A stretch of 64,000 bases of DNA from Marsupella aquatica. Its lineage: Eukaryota > Plantae > Marchantiophyta. The translations under genes were made by a program, and so were the position numbers. The stretch covers positions 9,363,875 to 9,427,874 of the forward strand of contig OZ316891.1 in the NCBI GenBank assembly GCA_973895155.1. Direction: 5' to 3'. Position 1 is the first letter of the stretch; every line of letters begins with the position of its first letter. Shown in pieces: positions 59,901 through 64,000 of this stretch. The notes beneath the pieces were generated by a model, which saw only the letters and a list, made by a program, of their open reading frames with translations, did not search any database and was not told the DNA's origin.

Positions 59901-62900
59901 CGAAGAGAGCTGTCGACTATGGCAGAGTGTGCTAAAATACTAAGCCAGGTAGGTTACAGCTTAGTTTACATTCTGATCAGTTTGGAAATGAGAAAGAGCG
60001 GATTGTTAAAGTCTCCAGAAGAAATATTCTGACCCGTCCGCTGTTGGTTGACGAAGACAATTATTCTCGTAGTTCTGGTTGGAAAAAGACTTCCAAACTT
60101 GCTCGTTCTTATGGTTCTTGTGTTGTGTTACCCTTGATTCTACACAGTTCAACAGAGGAGTGAGCGCGATGCAGCGATATGTGGCATCACGTCCAATGTT
60201 CATGGATGTAGAGATTATGGAATCAGATGCCCAAACAGTTCTGGGAGATCCGTCCAATGTTGCAAAGGGTCTCAATATTTTGTACAAGGAAATTTTAGGT
60301 TTGTCTCTGCCTTTTAGGATTACTGGTTCTCATGTTGCATTGCCTTAGGGACTGCTTTTGGTTCAGATTTTTGTGCCCTCTTCGGGGGATCACGAAGTGG
60401 AGATGACGCTGTGTTGGTGTTCGCTGAAGGTTCTTTCTAATGGTTGCATAATTCTGAGTACAATTTGAATGTTTGCAGATACTGTTCAGCATGAGGCAGC
60501 CATGGTGGCTAGTGTGTTCCCTTCACCTGATGCTGTCATGTCCATTCTTGTCCAGGTACTTTTTGGCAAACATAACAATCTATATTACACTGGCATCCAA
60601 CTTAGATGGCAATGAAGCATACATCTTTGCAACATCTTGTCAATTCCTGTTCACACTATCTCTGAACCAAAACTATTCTCATTCACCCAGCGTGTGTACG
60701 CACATAATTGGTGTCGAAGATATTGGATTCTGTAATTCTCAGACTTATCGCTTCTCAATTTCCACTTCGAAACAAGAGCATAAAGAATAGTCTCTGCCAG
60801 TACGTTGCCTTGCACCGATGCATGTCGTTATCAGCCGAGGGCTGGGTGCAGTAGTGTTAGTATTGACGAAGTTCAGTTTCACAATAGCACGCGACGTCTG
60901 TTCCGTTGAAAGTAGTGTTGAATTTGATCATTCGTCTGACGACTTCAATGTAATTGTTGCAGAGAATATTGGAACAACGGGTGTCTTTGGTATTGGACAG
61001 GCTTCTTGTAAAGCCATCATTCACAAGTCTCCCTCCTGTGGAGGAAGGTGGTCTTTTACAGGTGCAGATGCCTTAATCGATTCTTCAAATTTGGAGTGAG
61101 CCTGTTGTTTTGGTTCATACTGCTCTCTTGACGAGATGAATGAAGTGCAGAATTATAGTGGCCATTTACTTTGATCTTACAGGAGTAGGCTGATGTTTGT
61201 CTGATGTCATTTCACTCCTAATTTGTTTGGGGTGAGGATTGTGCAGTATTTGCGAATGCTGGCCTCTTCTGTTGAGAAAACACAGGAGCTAGCGAAGGAG
61301 CTACAGGCACTTGGATGTGGGGACCTGGATGCTGAAGGTGGGTTAGTACTTCTGGATAACGTGTAACAAAATTTCACTCTTTGTTCTTTTAAGTCAAGTG
61401 AGCACAGGATCTAATTGTGCATTGAACCTGTATTCTGGAGGTGGCCACCGGAATACTGAATGTCGCTTTAATGTGATTTGCGGAATGAGATATTTAATTC
61501 AACACTTGTTATCCTGTCATGCCTGTGTCGACATGGGGGATGGGTTGTCGTCAATGGTTTCTCTCATATTGCCCATGCTGCTAATGTCAGGGCTTGCTGA
61601 GGATCTATTCTCAACCCACAGAGATGAGTACCCAGAGCTGGAGCAAGCATCTCTGCGTCAGCTGTATCTGGCCAAGGTAGTCATTCAAATAATTGTGCTT
61701 AAACATGGATTTCTTCATTGTAAATTGATCTTTAACACCCTTTTTTTGGTGAAGTATTTATTTATATAATATTCTGGTGACAATTTCAGATGGCAGAAAT
61801 AAGATCAGCGGCTCCAACCGAGGTAGATGGGGCCAATGCCGCACCTTTATCTGCTCCTCGGCATAGCAGATCCTCTACTACCTATGGACAAATTGTAATG
61901 TCTGTTAGTGTGGTGACTGAATTCGTGCGATGGAATGAAGAGGCAGTTCAACGCTGTACTCTTGTTACTCCCCAGGTCAGTTGAACACTGAATAGGGCTT
62001 TAGTCCTTACATGCTATTCAGTTGTTGTGGAGCTCTCAAATATTGTAAGTTTACTGTAGAAAACCGGTATATGGAGACTGCAAATGACGGCGGTACTAGA
62101 CAGTGTGAAGCTTCTTTTTTTGGCATACAGACTTATCTTGGTTTGTAATCCGAGCTTAACATCTGTTGTTGGACCGCAGCCAATACCTCTCGCGACAAAT
62201 GTGAGGGCTATTTTTACCTGTCTGCTTGACCAGGTTTGTGGAAACGATTTGCGTTGGGTCTGATATATCACGTTTGTGATGACCAGTTTGAATATTGATT
62301 TCGTGCCACCTTAAATTGAAGGCGACGATGTACCAAATTGGATGGATGGCTTTTAGTTTTTTTTTGATAAAATCGGTCAAATTGATGGGGAGAGTGGAGA
62401 CCGAGAACGGTGTCCACTCAGGACTATGTCATCTTTATGGTCTGGAAAATACTGGTAAGAACCAGTTTAGATCGCGTCATCCAACTGTCTTAATTCGGAT
62501 TGAGCAGTCCCTGGCTGCGATACAACAGGGAACGAGGAACCTACCTATTTACTTGCTAATCTAACCATGACAGAGTTTCCCTTGGTATTTTGTAGGTCAG
62601 CTCATATACAACAGAAGGGCTTGAGAGAGCACAGGAGGCACTGAATGAGGCAGCAGTGCAGCGGGAGCGCTTCACAATTGGTTCGACTATGAGCCGGCGA
62701 GTTGCAGCTGCTGCTGCCGCAGCTGTAAGACCAAAAGCACTAATCTCCCCTATAGACTGGGAAGGAATTAGAAAATTTGCGAATGCCATCACTCTGCCAC
62801 TACAGTAGAACTTCAGAATTTATAACTTATTTTGTTCTGCTTGCATTTAACCCGAAAGACAAGTTGTAGCAAATTTTAGTGCCTTTTGGAGATTTTATTT

Positions 62901-64000
62901 GTGAAGTATATTTCTGGCAATTCATCTTTGACCAATTTAAGATAAATTTTTTCTGTATTGACCAACTGTCAATATATTCTACAGGCGGAAGCTGCTGCCC
63001 ATGCAGGAGAAAGTAGTGTTCGGAGTTTTATGGTTGCTGTGCACCGCGCTACAGCTAACGTGGCTCTTGTGCAACAAGTATGTCACTTTTTCAATCTTGA
63101 GTTGGGGATGTCGTTTAACGGTCGAACTGTTCTAAATGGGATTGACAGCTATACCGTCGGAACGTCTTACCTCGATACTTTCTATAGTCCAAGCACCGAA
63201 GATATTGTGTAAATACGACGAATGTCAAACTTTTATTTCCTTGATGAGAACTTTATCCTACCGAACTCCTTGCGATCTCATGGTACGGGTCTTATTTGGT
63301 CATATTCTGATTGCTCTGTATGCTGCAGCATTTTGTTAACACAATCACTCGCTTGCTGCTGCCCGTGGATGGAGCACATGCTGCATGTTGTGAGGAAATG
63401 GCAAATGCAATGGCTAATTCTGAAAGTGCTGCGTTGAAAGGGCTTCAAGTTTGTATTGACACCATTCTGGCAGAGGTGAGTATGACGTGGATTTGAAACA
63501 GGGCTGTGCTGATGTAATTCTCTTCAAGTAGCCAAAATCATGTCTCACTGTCTAGTTCAAGTACAGGTTGCTGTTGCTATCATGTCTTTTCACTGGGGTT
63601 TCGCATTATGGTGATAACTCTCTTGAATTTGCTGTGATTACCAATTCTGGGAATCGATACAGGCAGAGAGACTTCTTGCTGCGGAGCAAAAGCAAGCAGA
63701 TTTTAAACCTACTGAAGATGGCAATCCTCCCGACCATAGACCAACCACCGCATGCACGAGGTGCTTGGCCAAATTTACTTGAGATCGTAGCATAGGACAG
63801 TGAGCTTGGAGATCTTCATAACAAATCTTGCCTAATTTCATTCCAGATCGACTAAGATTCATACTTTTGTGTTGGTGCCAGGGTGGTGGGATATCTAGCC
63901 CGAATGGTGGAGGCTGTACAGGGAGCATTGGAAGGACTTAACAAACAAGCCTTCATGACAGAACTGGTATTTGTAACCTCCATTGTGTGCTTAGGTTATT
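56920..64000 (+). CDS. SEC10: Exocyst complex component SEC10 (EXOC5), multi-exon, 3' end beyond window
   Basis: Short GT-AG exons encode in order FHTDEFK, LFKNARKELVDL, LFESFGRLDSRISGVSQTAARIGDHLQ, YLMEFNSSPGDLMELSPLFSDD, GLEVAVMNLQDYCN, FNRGVSAMQRYVASRPMF, VVTEFVRWNEEA, RRVAAAAAAA, RLLLPVDGAHAACCEEM and LEGLNKQAFMTEL. The first exon MADFPRIRK (56920-56946) is inferred and less certain. Confidence 0.95.

Overview
Eukaryotic land-plant nuclear DNA, most likely a bryophyte/liverwort (inferred from an alpha/beta-hydrolase-NB-ARC NLR remnant). Host loci from left to right: a decayed hydrolase-NB-ARC (HNL-type) pseudogene (~3.7-6.2 kb); an intact, completely intronless ERECTA-family LRR receptor kinase (16243-19200); a TYW2/3/4 wybutosine-synthesis gene in which only the TYW3 domain is still open (21.8-23.9 kb, minus); a six-exon ALMT channel gene (49099-53608); and a multi-exon exocyst SEC10 gene running off the right edge (from 56920). 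The centre is a 14.5-kb Mutator-like DNA transposon (33117-47648; ~280-bp TIRs, CACTCATG target duplication). It carries a DDE/SWIM transposase resembling the angiosperm AT4G13970/AT1G60560 SWIM proteins, a convergent accessory gene of unknown function, and about 30 copies of a 9-bp motif (GTTYATGTT) that are strand-polarised and amplified as tandem arrays in introns. This layout recalls the VANDAL/VANC anti-silencing system and is the best candidate for a new system here. A young Ty1/copia element lacking PBS, gag and protease is nested just upstream of the transposase. The rest is TE debris and local tandem repeats. Family assignments come from motif recognition by eye, not from database searches.
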